Shown piece by piece: positions 1 through 8,456 of a stretch of 35,081 bases of DNA (position 1 is its first letter; each line of letters starts with the position of its first letter). The stretch spans positions 1-35,081 of the forward strand of contig JAVHPV010000292.1 in assembly GCA_036170775.1 (NCBI GenBank). Reading direction: 5' to 3'. The translations under genes and the position numbers were made by a program. The notes below the pieces were generated by a model. The model worked only from the letters and a program-made list of their open reading frames with translations, was not told the origin of the DNA and made no database searches. This stretch comes from Gallionella sp. Its GTDB lineage: Bacteria; Pseudomonadota; Gammaproteobacteria; Burkholderiales; Gallionellaceae.

Positions 1-2
1 AG

Positions 3-1508
3 CAGGACTTTATTCAAAGCGTTGCAGATGCTCTGCAATTCATTTCTTATTACCATCCCGCAGATTTTATTCGTGCGTTAGCCGAGGCTTATCGTAAAGA
101 AGAATCCCCAGCCGCCAAAGATGCCATGGCGCAAATTTTGACTAACTCAAAAATGTGCGCGCAAGGACATCGGCCAATTTGCCAAGATACCGGTATCGTG
201 GTGGCCTTCGTTAAGGTGGGGATGGCGGTGCGCTGGGATGCTGAAATGGATCTTGTGGCGATGGTGAATGAGGGCGTACGACGCGCGTATCTCAATCCCG
301 ATAATGTGTTGCGTGCCTCCATCGTGGCTGACCCTGCGGGTAAGCGTAACAATACGCGCGACAATACCCCAGCGGTGGTGCATGTCGAGTTGGTACAAGG
401 TGATAAGGTTGAGGTGCATATTGCCGCCAAAGGTGGTGGTTCTGAAAACAAAGCGGTGATGAAAATGCTTAATCCTGGTGACGATATTGTCGACTGGGTG
501 TTGCGACGCGTACCAGAGATGGGAGCGGGTTGGTGTCCACCCGGAATACTGGGCATTGGTATTGGCGGCACAGCGGAAAAAGCCGTGTTATTGGCTAAAG
601 AATCGCTGATGCAGTCTATGGATATGCATGAACTCAAGGCGCGCGGGGCGAAAAATCGTATCGAAGAATTGCGCATTGAGCTATTCGATAAAATTAACGC
701 GTTGGGCATTGGTGCGCAAGGGCTGGGTGGTTTGACCACTGTGATGGATGTGAAGATATTAGATTATCCTACCCACGCAGCCTCCAAGCCGATCGCTATC
801 ATTCCCAATTGTGCTGCGACACGACATACGCATTTCGAGTTGGATGGGCGTGGTGTTGCGCAATTTACCCCACCCAAGCTTGAAGATTACCCTGATGTGA
901 TGTGGCATCCTGCGGAGAATGCGCGCCGTGTGAATTTGGACACGGTGACGCGTGAACAAATAGCAACCTGGCAACCTGGTGAAATCGTGTTACTCTCTGG
1001 CAAGTTATTGACGGGGCGCGATGCCGCACATAAACGTATCGCGGATATGCTCAGTAAAGGTGAAAAACTACCTGACGGCGTGGATTTTACTAACCGCTTC
1101 ATTTATTATGTCGGGCCTGTTGACCCAGTGCGTGACGAGGTTGTTGGCCCCGCTGGTCCGACCACTTCGACGCGTATGGATAAATTCACCGAAATGATGT
1201 TGGCGCAAACAGGTTTGATGGGGATGGTTGGCAAAGCGGAGCGCGGTAAAGCCGCGATTGAGTCGATTAAAAAGCATGGCGCGGTGTATTTGATGGCCGT
1301 AGGTGGTGCAGCATACTTGGTGGCGAAAGCCATCCGTAGCGCGAAAGTTGTGGCCTTCGCCGATTTGGGGATGGAGGCGATTTACGAATTTGAGGTGCTG
1401 GATATGCCGGTGACGGTGGCAGTGGATGTGCAGGGACGTTCCGTGCATGACATTGGCCCGGCAGAATGGCGCAAGCGCATTGGGATGATTCCCGTGGTTT
1501 CCGCGTAG
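3..1508 (+). CDS. fumA: Class I (Fe-S) fumarate hydratase, 5'-truncated by the window edge
   Basis: The frame is open from nt 3 (QDFIQSVADALQFISYYHP...) into the ORF-track protein. Motifs include RPICQDTG, AKGGGSEN, GWCPPG, GIGAQGLGG, GRDAAHKR and GPTTSTRMD. Confidence 0.95.
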   Translation, partial: QDFIQSVADALQFISYYHPADFIRALAEAYRKEESPAAKDAMAQILTNSKMCAQGHRPICQDTGIVVAFVKVGMAVRWDAEMDLVAMVNEGVRRAYLNPDNVLRASIVADPAGKRNNTRDNTPAVVHVELVQGDKVEVHIAAKGGGSENKAVMKMLNPGDDIVDWVLRRVPEMGAGWCPPGILGIGIGGTAEKAVLLAKESLMQSMDMHELKARGAKNRIEELRIELFDKINALGIGAQGLGGLTTVMDVKILDYPTHAASKPIAIIPNCAATRHTHFELDGRGVAQFTPPKLEDYPDVMWHPAENARRVNLDTVTREQIATWQPGEIVLLSGKLLTGRDAAHKRIADMLSKGEKLPDGVDFTNRFIYYVGPVDPVRDEVVGPAGPTTSTRMDKFTEMMLAQTGLMGMVGKAERGKAAIESIKKHGAVYLMAVGGAAYLVAKAIRSAKVVAFADLGMEAIYEFEVLDMPVTVAVDVQGRSVHDIGPAEWRKRIGMIPVVSA

Positions 1509-1548
1509 TAAAAGTTTCTGGTGTCGAGTTGTCGACGCCTAAAGAATT

Positions 1549-1645
1549 GGCGGGTCTCCCCGCATTGCAGGTTGGCAAACCTGGTCAGGTCCGGAAGGAA
1601 GCAGCCATAGCCAAACCCTGTAAGTGCCGGGGGTAAGGCTCGCCT
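1549..1645 (+). ncRNA. ffs: Small bacterial signal recognition particle RNA (4.5S)
   Basis: Contains the conserved helix-8 motif TCAGGTCCGGAAGGAAGCAGC. The ends GGCGGGTCT...AGGCTCGCC pair into a long hairpin of about 97 nt followed by CTTTT. It lies upstream of dnaX, a common ffs context. Confidence 0.95.
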
Positions 1646-1677
1646 CCTTTTGTGTGTTGGTTTTTTTGGGGGTGGCA

Positions 1678-2208
1678 ATGAAAAAGCTGATCAGTCTATT
1701 GGGCGGATTGTTGTTGAGTGGCCCAGTCTGGGCGATAGATGGTGTATCAGTGGAGCTGGGAAACGGTGCTAACACTGATACCGCCCGTGTTGCAGCAATC
1801 TGGAATTGGGATAAACAATGGTTTACTGAAGGTGACTGGTTGGTGACGGGGTTTTGGGAAGCTTCTGTTGGCACATGGAAAGGTCGCAGTAGTGTAGGAA
1901 ACAATCAGACAATCACGGATTTCGGTGTGACCCCCGTGTTTCGTTTACAGCAAAAAACACCTTCAGGTTTAGCACCTTACTTAGAAGGTGCGATCGGTTT
2001 TCATTTGATTACGCCGACATTCATATATGCGAATCGCCAGTTTGGCAGTGCATTTCAATTTGGTGACCATATTGGTTTTGGTACGCGTTTTGGTGATCAT
2101 GAACAATTTGATTTGGGTTACCGCTACCAGCATTTATCCAATGGTGGCCTCAAGAAGCCTAATCAAGGCATTAATCTCAATCAGGTGCATTTCACCTATC
2201 ATTTCTAA
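1678..2208 (+). CDS. pagL: Lipid A 3-O-deacylase PagL family outer-membrane beta-barrel (acyloxyacyl hydrolase)
   Basis: Signal peptide MKKLISLLGGLLLSGPVWA, the motif FGSAFQFGDHIG, the catalytic motif QHLSNGGLKKPNQG and a C-terminal Phe. The start was moved to ATG 1678 because the longer ORF overlaps ffs. Confidence 0.88.
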   Translation: MKKLISLLGGLLLSGPVWAIDGVSVELGNGANTDTARVAAIWNWDKQWFTEGDWLVTGFWEASVGTWKGRSSVGNNQTITDFGVTPVFRLQQKTPSGLAPYLEGAIGFHLITPTFIYANRQFGSAFQFGDHIGFGTRFGDHEQFDLGYRYQHLSNGGLKKPNQGINLNQVHFTYHF

Positions 2209-2219
2209 CGTGTTTTAAC

Positions 2220-3830
2220 TTGTCAGCCACTACTGTTCTCGCGCGCAAATGGCGTCCTAAATCGTTCGCCCAATTGGCGGGACAGGAACACGTCGTCCAA
2301 GCCTTAAGCAATGCGCTCGCTCAGAATCGTTTGCATCACGCCTATCTGTTTACGGGGACGCGCGGGGTAGGCAAAACCACTATCGCGCGCATATTCGCCA
2401 AATCCCTCAATTGTTTGACAGGGATTACTGCCAACCCTTGCGGGGTGTGCAGTGCCTGTCAGGAAATTGATAGCGGACGATTTGTCGATCTCATTGAGTT
2501 GGATGCGGCCTCCAATACGGGGGTCGACAATATGCGCGAACTGCTTGAGAACGCGATGTATGCCCCAAGCATGGCGCGCTTCAAGGTCTATATCATTGAC
2601 GAAGTGCATATGCTATCGAAGGGCGCATTCAATGCTATGTTGAAAACGCTTGAAGAGCCGCCGAGTCATGTCAAGTTTATCTTGGCAACCACCGATCCGC
2701 AGAAAGTTCCTGTCACCGTATTGTCACGATGTTTGCAATTTAATCTAAAACAATTGCCGCCGAGTTTAATCGCAGCGCATTTGCAATATGTGTTGGAGCA
2801 AGAGCAAATTAGCTTTGAGAGTGGCGCAATTACTTTGGTGGCTAAGGCCGCACAAGGCAGTATGCGTGATGCTTTGAGCTTATTAGATCAAGCGATCGCT
2901 TTCTCGGCAGGCAAGGTTGAAGAGGCCGTGGTGCGTACCATGCTGGGTTCGATTGATCAAGGCTATGTGTTCGAGTTGCTGGAGGGGGTGCAAACGGGTA
3001 ATGCGCAAGGCATGATGGCGGTGGCGGACACCATGGCCGAACACAGCATCGCCTTTGAAGCTGCGCTGCAAGAAATGGCAAGCACTTTGCATCGCATTGC
3101 GTTAGTGCAGTCTGTACCGCAGGTGAATTTTGAAGAGGTGGCTGATGAGGCTCGCTTACAAGCGTTAGCGCACGCGTTTTCTCCCGAAGAGGTGCAGTTG
3201 TATTACCAAATTGCGATTCATGGGCGCGATGAAATAAATCTTGCGCCAGATGAGTATGCGGGTTTTACCATGACGCTGTTGCGTATGCTGGCTTTTGCTC
3301 CTCAACAAGGAGGGGTTGCAAAGACAGTGCGTGCTGCAGTGTCGGCTCAGCCTGTACGCCAGACTGATGCGCTACCGCCAGTGGATGCAATCGTCCCCGC
3401 TCAATCCAGTGCCCCCGTAATTACACGCCCCGAGCCTGTGGTCAGTGCGGATTTAGACTGGAACGTATTGTTAGCCGAATTAAATGTACAGGGTATGGCG
3501 TTGCAATTGGCAAAACACTGTGTTTTGTTGAGCTTCCGAGAGAATGTGTTGATGCTAGGTTTGGCGCAAGCGCACAAGCATTTGCAGACGAATAAGATGG
3601 CGGTGGAAAAATTACAAGCCGCATTGAGTGCTTATTTTGCTAAGCCAATTAAAATGAACGTGGTGTTGTCGGAACAAGTGCAAGCGACCCCAGCGGCGAT
3701 TGAACAGGCGCAACAGCAACAACAACAACAGCAGGCCGTGAGTGCAATTACGCAAGATACCTTTGTGTGTGAAGCGCAGACTGAGCTGGATGCTCGCATC
3801 GTCGAAGCATCTATTAAATTCATTCAATAA
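2220..3830 (+). CDS. dnaX: DNA polymerase III subunit gamma/tau
   Basis: LARKWRP, Walker [10 protein letters not shown], the zinc-binding Cys cluster, IIDEVHML and SRC motifs; TTG start. Confidence 0.97.
   Translation: MSATTVLARKWRPKSFAQLAGQEHVVQALSNALAQNRLHHAYLFTGTRGVGKTTIARIFAKSLNCLTGITANPCGVCSACQEIDSGRFVDLIELDAASNTGVDNMRELLENAMYAPSMARFKVYIIDEVHMLSKGAFNAMLKTLEEPPSHVKFILATTDPQKVPVTVLSRCLQFNLKQLPPSLIAAHLQYVLEQEQISFESGAITLVAKAAQGSMRDALSLLDQAIAFSAGKVEEAVVRTMLGSIDQGYVFELLEGVQTGNAQGMMAVADTMAEHSIAFEAALQEMASTLHRIALVQSVPQVNFEEVADEARLQALAHAFSPEEVQLYYQIAIHGRDEINLAPDEYAGFTMTLLRMLAFAPQQGGVAKTVRAAVSAQPVRQTDALPPVDAIVPAQSSAPVITRPEPVVSADLDWNVLLAELNVQGMALQLAKHCVLLSFRENVLMLGLAQAHKHLQTNKMAVEKLQAALSAYFAKPIKMNVVLSEQVQATPAAIEQAQQQQQQQQAVSAITQDTFVCEAQTELDARIVEASIKFIQ
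3711..3734 (+). repeat. CAA/CAG trinucleotide tract encoding Q8 in the DnaX C-terminal region
   Basis: caacagcaacaacaacaacagcag read directly from the sequence. Confidence 0.85.
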
Positions 3831-3850
3831 TTTTGTCGGAGGGTGGTTCT

Positions 3851-4177
3851 ATGATGAAGGGCGGATTAGGCGGCTTGATGAAACAAGCTCAGCAGATGCA
3901 ACAAAATATGCAAAAAGCACAAGCTGAATTAGCCACCGTCGAGGTGGAAGGTCAGTCTGGGTCAGGTATGGTAAAAGTGTTGATGACTTGCGGACATGAA
4001 GTGCGTCGTGTGTCATTGGATGACAGTGTGTTGGGTGATGATAAAGAGATGCTGGAAGATTTAATTGTGTTGGCTTTGAACGATGCAATGAAAAAAATCG
4101 ATGCAACCACGCAACAGCGTATGAGCGGCTTTACCTCTGGAATGGGGCTTCCAGCGGGTTTGAAATTGCCCTTTTGA
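3851..4177 (+). CDS. ybaB: YbaB/EbfC nucleoid-associated protein
   Basis: [19 protein letters not shown] and DDKEMLEDL motifs with a KLPF end; lies between dnaX and recR. Confidence 0.95.
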   Translation: MMKGGLGGLMKQAQQMQQNMQKAQAELATVEVEGQSGSGMVKVLMTCGHEVRRVSLDDSVLGDDKEMLEDLIVLALNDAMKKIDATTQQRMSGFTSGMGLPAGLKLPF

Positions 4178-4190
4178 AAGTTAAAACACG

Positions 4191-4787
4191 GTGATGCCCT
4201 CACATCTGGAGCAATTGATTGAAGCCTTGCGTTGCTTACCTGGGGTCGGGCCAAAGTCCGCGCAGCGGATGGCCTATCATTTGTTGCAGCGCGATCGGGT
4301 GGGTGCTTTGCACTTGGCAAAGTCGCTGGAATTAGCCGCAAGTCATATTGGGCATTGCTGTAAATGCAATAATTTTTCTGAGCATGAAGTTTGTGAGCTG
4401 TGTGCGTCACCTAAACGTGATGCAAGTCAGCTCTGTGTGGTGGAAATGCCTGCTGATTTGTTGATGATGGAACAGACACAATGTTACCGAGGCATGTATT
4501 TTGTGCTGATGGGGCGGCTGTCACCGTTAGATGGAATAGGTAGCAAAGAATTGCATTTGGATAGGCTGATCAAGCGTGTACAAGATCATCCCTGTGAAGT
4601 TATTTTAGCTACCAATTTCACCGTTGAAGGGGATGCTACAGCACACTATTTGGCAACCTTGTTGCAATCTCAGCAGGTTAAGGTGTCGCGTATTGCACGT
4701 GGTTTACCGGTAGGCGGTGAATTAGAACAGGTCGATAGTGGTACGTTGGCACAAGCAGTACTAGAGCGGCGCGAGGTCATGATATGA
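4191..4787 (+). CDS. recR: Recombination mediator RecR
   Basis: HhH motif [12 protein letters not shown]4 zinc finger, Toprim motifs CVVE and [13 protein letters not shown], and [13 protein letters not shown]. Confidence 0.97.
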   Translation: MMPSHLEQLIEALRCLPGVGPKSAQRMAYHLLQRDRVGALHLAKSLELAASHIGHCCKCNNFSEHEVCELCASPKRDASQLCVVEMPADLLMMEQTQCYRGMYFVLMGRLSPLDGIGSKELHLDRLIKRVQDHPCEVILATNFTVEGDATAHYLATLLQSQQVKVSRIARGLPVGGELEQVDSGTLAQAVLERREVMI

Positions 4788-5743
4788 ACAAAAATAAAAA
4801 CAACGTACCACCCGTAGCGTCGCTTGAGAATGCGTTTTCTGGCGAACTGGGTTTAGGGGAACGGTTACAAAAAGTCATGGCGCAAGCGGGCTTTGGTTCG
4901 CGTCGCACTATGGAGGAATGGATCGCGGCGGGGCGAGTGAGCGTTAACGGTGAACCTGCAACCGTGGGTATGCGTGTTGTAGAAGGCGATTTAATTAAAG
5001 CCGAGCGTAGGACTTTTCGTGTTGGAGAACGTGAACGTTCTGTGCGAGTGTTGCTGTATCACAAACCTGAAGGTGAAATCGTCAGTCGTGATGATCCTGA
5101 AAAACGCGCCAGCGTATTTGATAAATTACCCAAGTTACGCGGACAGAAATGGGTCGCCATAGGTCGTTTGGATTTTAATACCAGCGGCCTATTGATTTTT
5201 ACCACCTCGGGTGAATTGGCCAATCGCTTGATGCATCCCCGTTTTGCCGTCGAGCGCGAGTATGCGGTGCGGGTGCAAGGTCAGCTCTCCGAAACACAAA
5301 TCGAACAAGTGCTCAAGCAAGGTGTGGAACTTGAGGACGGTTTAGTTAGATTTGAGAAATTGCAAGATGAAGGCGGAGAAGGCTTCAATCACTGGTATCG
5401 GGTAATGTTGAAAGAGGGACGTAATCGGGTGGTGCGCCGTACGTTTGATGCCTTGGCGTTACCTGTAAGCCGTTTGATGCGAGTGCGTTTCGGTATAATC
5501 AACCTACCGCCTCGATTAAAGCGTGGTATGACGGCTGAATTGGGTGAGGCGGAGATTGCTCAGGTGCTGGATTGGGTGGGGTTGGGACTGACAGATGTGC
5601 CTGCTCAAGTAGAGTCGCAAAATGCACTAGTGCGCACTGACCACGAACGTAAGCAATCACGTCCTGTGCCAACTTCCAACAGGCCGCGTAGTGCGGATAG
5701 GTCGGGATTAAGAAAAACTAAATCTGGTGTGAGGCGTGGATAA
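4784..5743 (+). CDS. rluB: 23S rRNA pseudouridine synthase RluB (RsuA family)
   Basis: S4 domain ([16 protein letters not shown]), catalytic [24 protein letters not shown] and EGRNR motifs. Confidence 0.9.
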   Translation: MNKNKNNVPPVASLENAFSGELGLGERLQKVMAQAGFGSRRTMEEWIAAGRVSVNGEPATVGMRVVEGDLIKAERRTFRVGERERSVRVLLYHKPEGEIVSRDDPEKRASVFDKLPKLRGQKWVAIGRLDFNTSGLLIFTTSGELANRLMHPRFAVEREYAVRVQGQLSETQIEQVLKQGVELEDGLVRFEKLQDEGGEGFNHWYRVMLKEGRNRVVRRTFDALALPVSRLMRVRFGIINLPPRLKRGMTAELGEAEIAQVLDWVGLGLTDVPAQVESQNALVRTDHERKQSRPVPTSNRPRSADRSGLRKTKSGVRRG

Positions 5744-5747
5744 ACAC

Positions 5748-5772
5748 TAGAATTCGCACTTGTTGAACAAGT
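5748..5772 (+). promoter_or_regulatory. Putative -10 element (TAGAAT) followed by a perfect 7-1-7 inverted repeat (possible operator) upstream of the cyclase gene
   Basis: TAGAAT at 5748-5753 and ACTTGTT-G-AACAAGT at 5758-5772. Confidence 0.4.
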
Positions 5773-5822
5773 CAATAACCACTCGGTTTGACTGTGGTTG
5801 CAGTGTCTTAATTGGGATTTGA

Positions 5823-7157
5823 ATGGAAGAGCGTGGCAATAAAACAATCATGTGCAGTGTGCTGTTCTTGGATATTGTTGAATATTCCAAGAAGTCGGTT
5901 ACTGGGCAGATTTCCCTTAAAGATAGGTTTAATACTTATCTTTCCAACGCTATTCGTGATGTGCCTGTGGCTGATCGCATCATTCTGGACACAGGTGATG
6001 GTGCTGCAATCAATTTTTTAGGTGATGTTGAAGATGCGTTAAAGTCGGCATTGAGTATGCGCGAAGCGATGCTCAATGAAGATCCCAGCATTGATCCCCC
6101 ACTATTGGTGCGTATCGGAATTAACCTTGGCCCTGTGCGTTTAGTTCGAGATATTAACGGGCAACCGAATATTGTTGGTGATGGGATCAATGTGGCACAA
6201 CGCGTGATGGGTTTTGCTGATGCCAGCCAGATTCTTGTATCACGTTCCTATTACGATGCAGCATCACGTCTGTCGCCAGCCTATGCAGGCATGTTTCATT
6301 ACCAAGGTTCACGTACTGACAAACATGTCCGCGAGCATGAGGTGTATGCAATCGGTTATCCAGGTGATAAAACCACTCAGTCAGCCAAGGCTACAAAGGC
6401 TTCTGAGTCCCCTCGCAATGACAATTTGGCGGTTGGTTTTGTGGGGCGATTACAGCAATTCTGGCAGGCTAGCAGCTCTGCGCTGAACTCGAAATTAACG
6501 CTGTTACGCACTGAGCTGGCTCAAGCAGAGCCGAAAAAACGTTCGATGTTTATGGCAATCGGTGCTGTTGTTTTGTTGCTGTTGCTGGGGGGCGTAGTGA
6601 AGTTGGCGACTCATGGTGAGAGCGGCAACAGTATTGCTGAAAAAGCACCATCTATGGCGAGTAGTGTGGCATCTACTGCGTCAGTTATGGCTTCGGTAAC
6701 TAAGCCCCAAGCCATCAGTGCAGATAACGCTGCCCAAGAAAAGCTTGCAGTGACAGGGGGGCAGTCGAGCCAAGCGGATTTGGCTGTAGCCAATAAGGCA
6801 CACGAAGATAAACTTAAGGCAGATAAGCTCAAAGCAGATAAGCTCAAAGCGGTCGATGTCTCAGTTGGCAAAAAAGTGATTCATGAGGGCGCATCAGGTA
6901 AAGCTGCGATGACCAATACAACTCCGTTGAGCGAGGCAAGTAAAGATAGCTATCTGGTTGTCACTTGCGCCGAGGGGACTATCGTTTTTGTGGATAGCGT
7001 ACAAAAAGGTAAAATTGCTGCTGCGCAGTTGACCATCAGTGTATTGCCAGGGAAACATGCGGTGATTGTGACTCATCCAGTCAAAGGACTGTACTCACAA
7101 AATATTGAAGTTGAGCCTGGCAAAACAGTCCGTATTAAACCCAATTATTGTGATTAG
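5823..7157 (+). CDS. Membrane-anchored class III adenylate/guanylate cyclase-domain protein with a C-terminal PEGA-like domain
   Basis: VLFLDIVEYS (first metal Asp), TGDG (second metal Asp), VRIGINLGPV and GDGINVAQRV (N-x3-R). One TM helix (MFMAIGAVVLLLLLGGVV), an Ala/Ser-rich linker, and a PEGA-like end (LVVTC..GTIVFVD...G....LTISVLPGKHAVIV...IEVEPGKTVRI). Confidence 0.85.
   Translation: MEERGNKTIMCSVLFLDIVEYSKKSVTGQISLKDRFNTYLSNAIRDVPVADRIILDTGDGAAINFLGDVEDALKSALSMREAMLNEDPSIDPPLLVRIGINLGPVRLVRDINGQPNIVGDGINVAQRVMGFADASQILVSRSYYDAASRLSPAYAGMFHYQGSRTDKHVREHEVYAIGYPGDKTTQSAKATKASESPRNDNLAVGFVGRLQQFWQASSSALNSKLTLLRTELAQAEPKKRSMFMAIGAVVLLLLLGGVVKLATHGESGNSIAEKAPSMASSVASTASVMASVTKPQAISADNAAQEKLAVTGGQSSQADLAVANKAHEDKLKADKLKADKLKAVDVSVGKKVIHEGASGKAAMTNTTPLSEASKDSYLVVTCAEGTIVFVDSVQKGKIAAAQLTISVLPGKHAVIVTHPVKGLYSQNIEVEPGKTVRIKPNYCD
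6807..6851 (+). repeat. 15-bp tandem repeat x3 encoding (DKLKA)3 in the cyclase linker
   Basis: gataaacttaaggca / gataagctcaaagca / gataagctcaaagcg. Confidence 0.85.
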
Positions 7158-7204
7158 GTGATGTATGCGAATCACCCCTCCATTATTCTCCTTAGGGATG
7201 CACC

Positions 7205-8446
7205 ATGATTAGTCAATTGGGGCGTTATGAGGTATTAGGTGAGATTGGTCAAGGCGCAATGGGGATTGTCTACAAAGCCAAAGACCCCTTGATTGATCGT
7301 GTAGTGGCGATTAAAACCATCAATCTCGGCTTAGCGATGGATGAAAAGGAAGAGTACGAAGGGCGTTTTTATCAAGAAGCTAAAGCTGCTGGACGGTTGA
7401 ATCACCCAAACATTGTGACGATTTACGACGTAGGCAAAAGTGGTGAGATTGCCTATATCGCCATGGAGTTTCTGCAAGGGCGTGAGCTACGTGATGTGAT
7501 GAACGATTCGGGTATTTTGCCCGTAGATCAAGTGCTTGATATTGTTGCGCAAGTGGCTTCTGGCTTGGCCTATGCCCACGAACACGAAATCGTACATCGA
7601 GATGTCAAACCTTCCAACATCATGATTATTCGTGATGGGCACGTAAAAATTACCGACTTTGGTATTGCGCGCATGGCCTCTTCAGCGGTGCATACGCAAA
7701 CTGGGATGGTGTTGGGCTCGCCAAAATACATGTCGCCAGAGCAGGTGATGGGTAAAGCAATTGATCAGCGTTCTGATATTTTTTCATTGGGCGTTATGTT
7801 GTATGAGATGCTCACCGGGCTTGCGCCATTTAATGGTGAAAATGTTAACGCCATCATGTATCAGACCTTAAATGCTGTGCCTGTGATGCCCAATAGCGTG
7901 AATCCTGCTGCACCAGAAATGCTCAACTTTATTGTGGCTAAGGCCTTGGCTAAAGGACTAGAGGATCGCTACCAGAATGCCAGAGATTTTGCAGAAGACT
8001 TACGTGCTTGTCGTGATACTTTGCCACGTTCAGCCTCAGTGCTTGAAGCTAAAAATAGCGTGGTCAGCGGAGAAAAAAAATTACCTGATGTATTCAGTAT
8101 CACGGGAACACATAACAAAGCTTCCGCTGATGAAGAGGCTAAGCCTGTAGCTACTATGGGGTTGGCGACAGGTTTTGATTCCACTGCGGCAACGATGCGC
8201 TTAGCCGCATTAACTGCTTCAAATGAAGATGTGGAAGAGTTATCCAAAACCTTCAAAATGGAACGACCGAGCATGGCTGTTTTACAACAAGCGGGGGCTA
8301 AAAAACCTCGTTCTGCTGTTGCTCCCGTGGTTAAGCCAACAGTGCGGAGGTCGTCTGCAGCAGTTTCTGAATCAGGTGGAAATCTGTTGTTATCTATGAT
8401 TGTGATACTGGTGTTGATTGGTATTGCAGCAATTTTTGTGTGGTAA
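7205..8446 (+). CDS. Hanks-type Ser/Thr protein kinase with a C-terminal membrane anchor
   Basis: GQGAMG, VAIK, HRDVKPSN, DFG and GSPKYMSPEQ motifs are intact; the protein ends in the hydrophobic LLLSMIVILVLIGIAAIFVW. Confidence 0.93.
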   Translation: MISQLGRYEVLGEIGQGAMGIVYKAKDPLIDRVVAIKTINLGLAMDEKEEYEGRFYQEAKAAGRLNHPNIVTIYDVGKSGEIAYIAMEFLQGRELRDVMNDSGILPVDQVLDIVAQVASGLAYAHEHEIVHRDVKPSNIMIIRDGHVKITDFGIARMASSAVHTQTGMVLGSPKYMSPEQVMGKAIDQRSDIFSLGVMLYEMLTGLAPFNGENVNAIMYQTLNAVPVMPNSVNPAAPEMLNFIVAKALAKGLEDRYQNARDFAEDLRACRDTLPRSASVLEAKNSVVSGEKKLPDVFSITGTHNKASADEEAKPVATMGLATGFDSTAATMRLAALTASNEDVEELSKTFKMERPSMAVLQQAGAKKPRSAVAPVVKPTVRRSSAAVSESGGNLLLSMIVILVLIGIAAIFVW

Positions 8447-8456
8447 ACGCGTGGCT

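Noticed and set aside
89-739. 216-aa minus-strand ORF
   Set aside because: Antisense shadow of the conserved fumarase, with no recognisable motifs.
1624-1677. Longer GTG start for pagL
   Set aside because: Overlaps the SRP RNA; the signal peptide begins at ATG 1678.
3612-3827. Minus-strand ORFs with poly-Cys and poly-Leu runs, resembling a metallothionein or membrane peptide
   Set aside because: They are the reverse complement of the dnaX CAA/CAG tract.
5823-8446. Pycsar/CBASS-type anti-phage system
   Set aside because: No adjacent cNMP-binding TM or TIR effector and no CD-NTase. The TM+PEGA architecture and core-genome setting fit signalling better.
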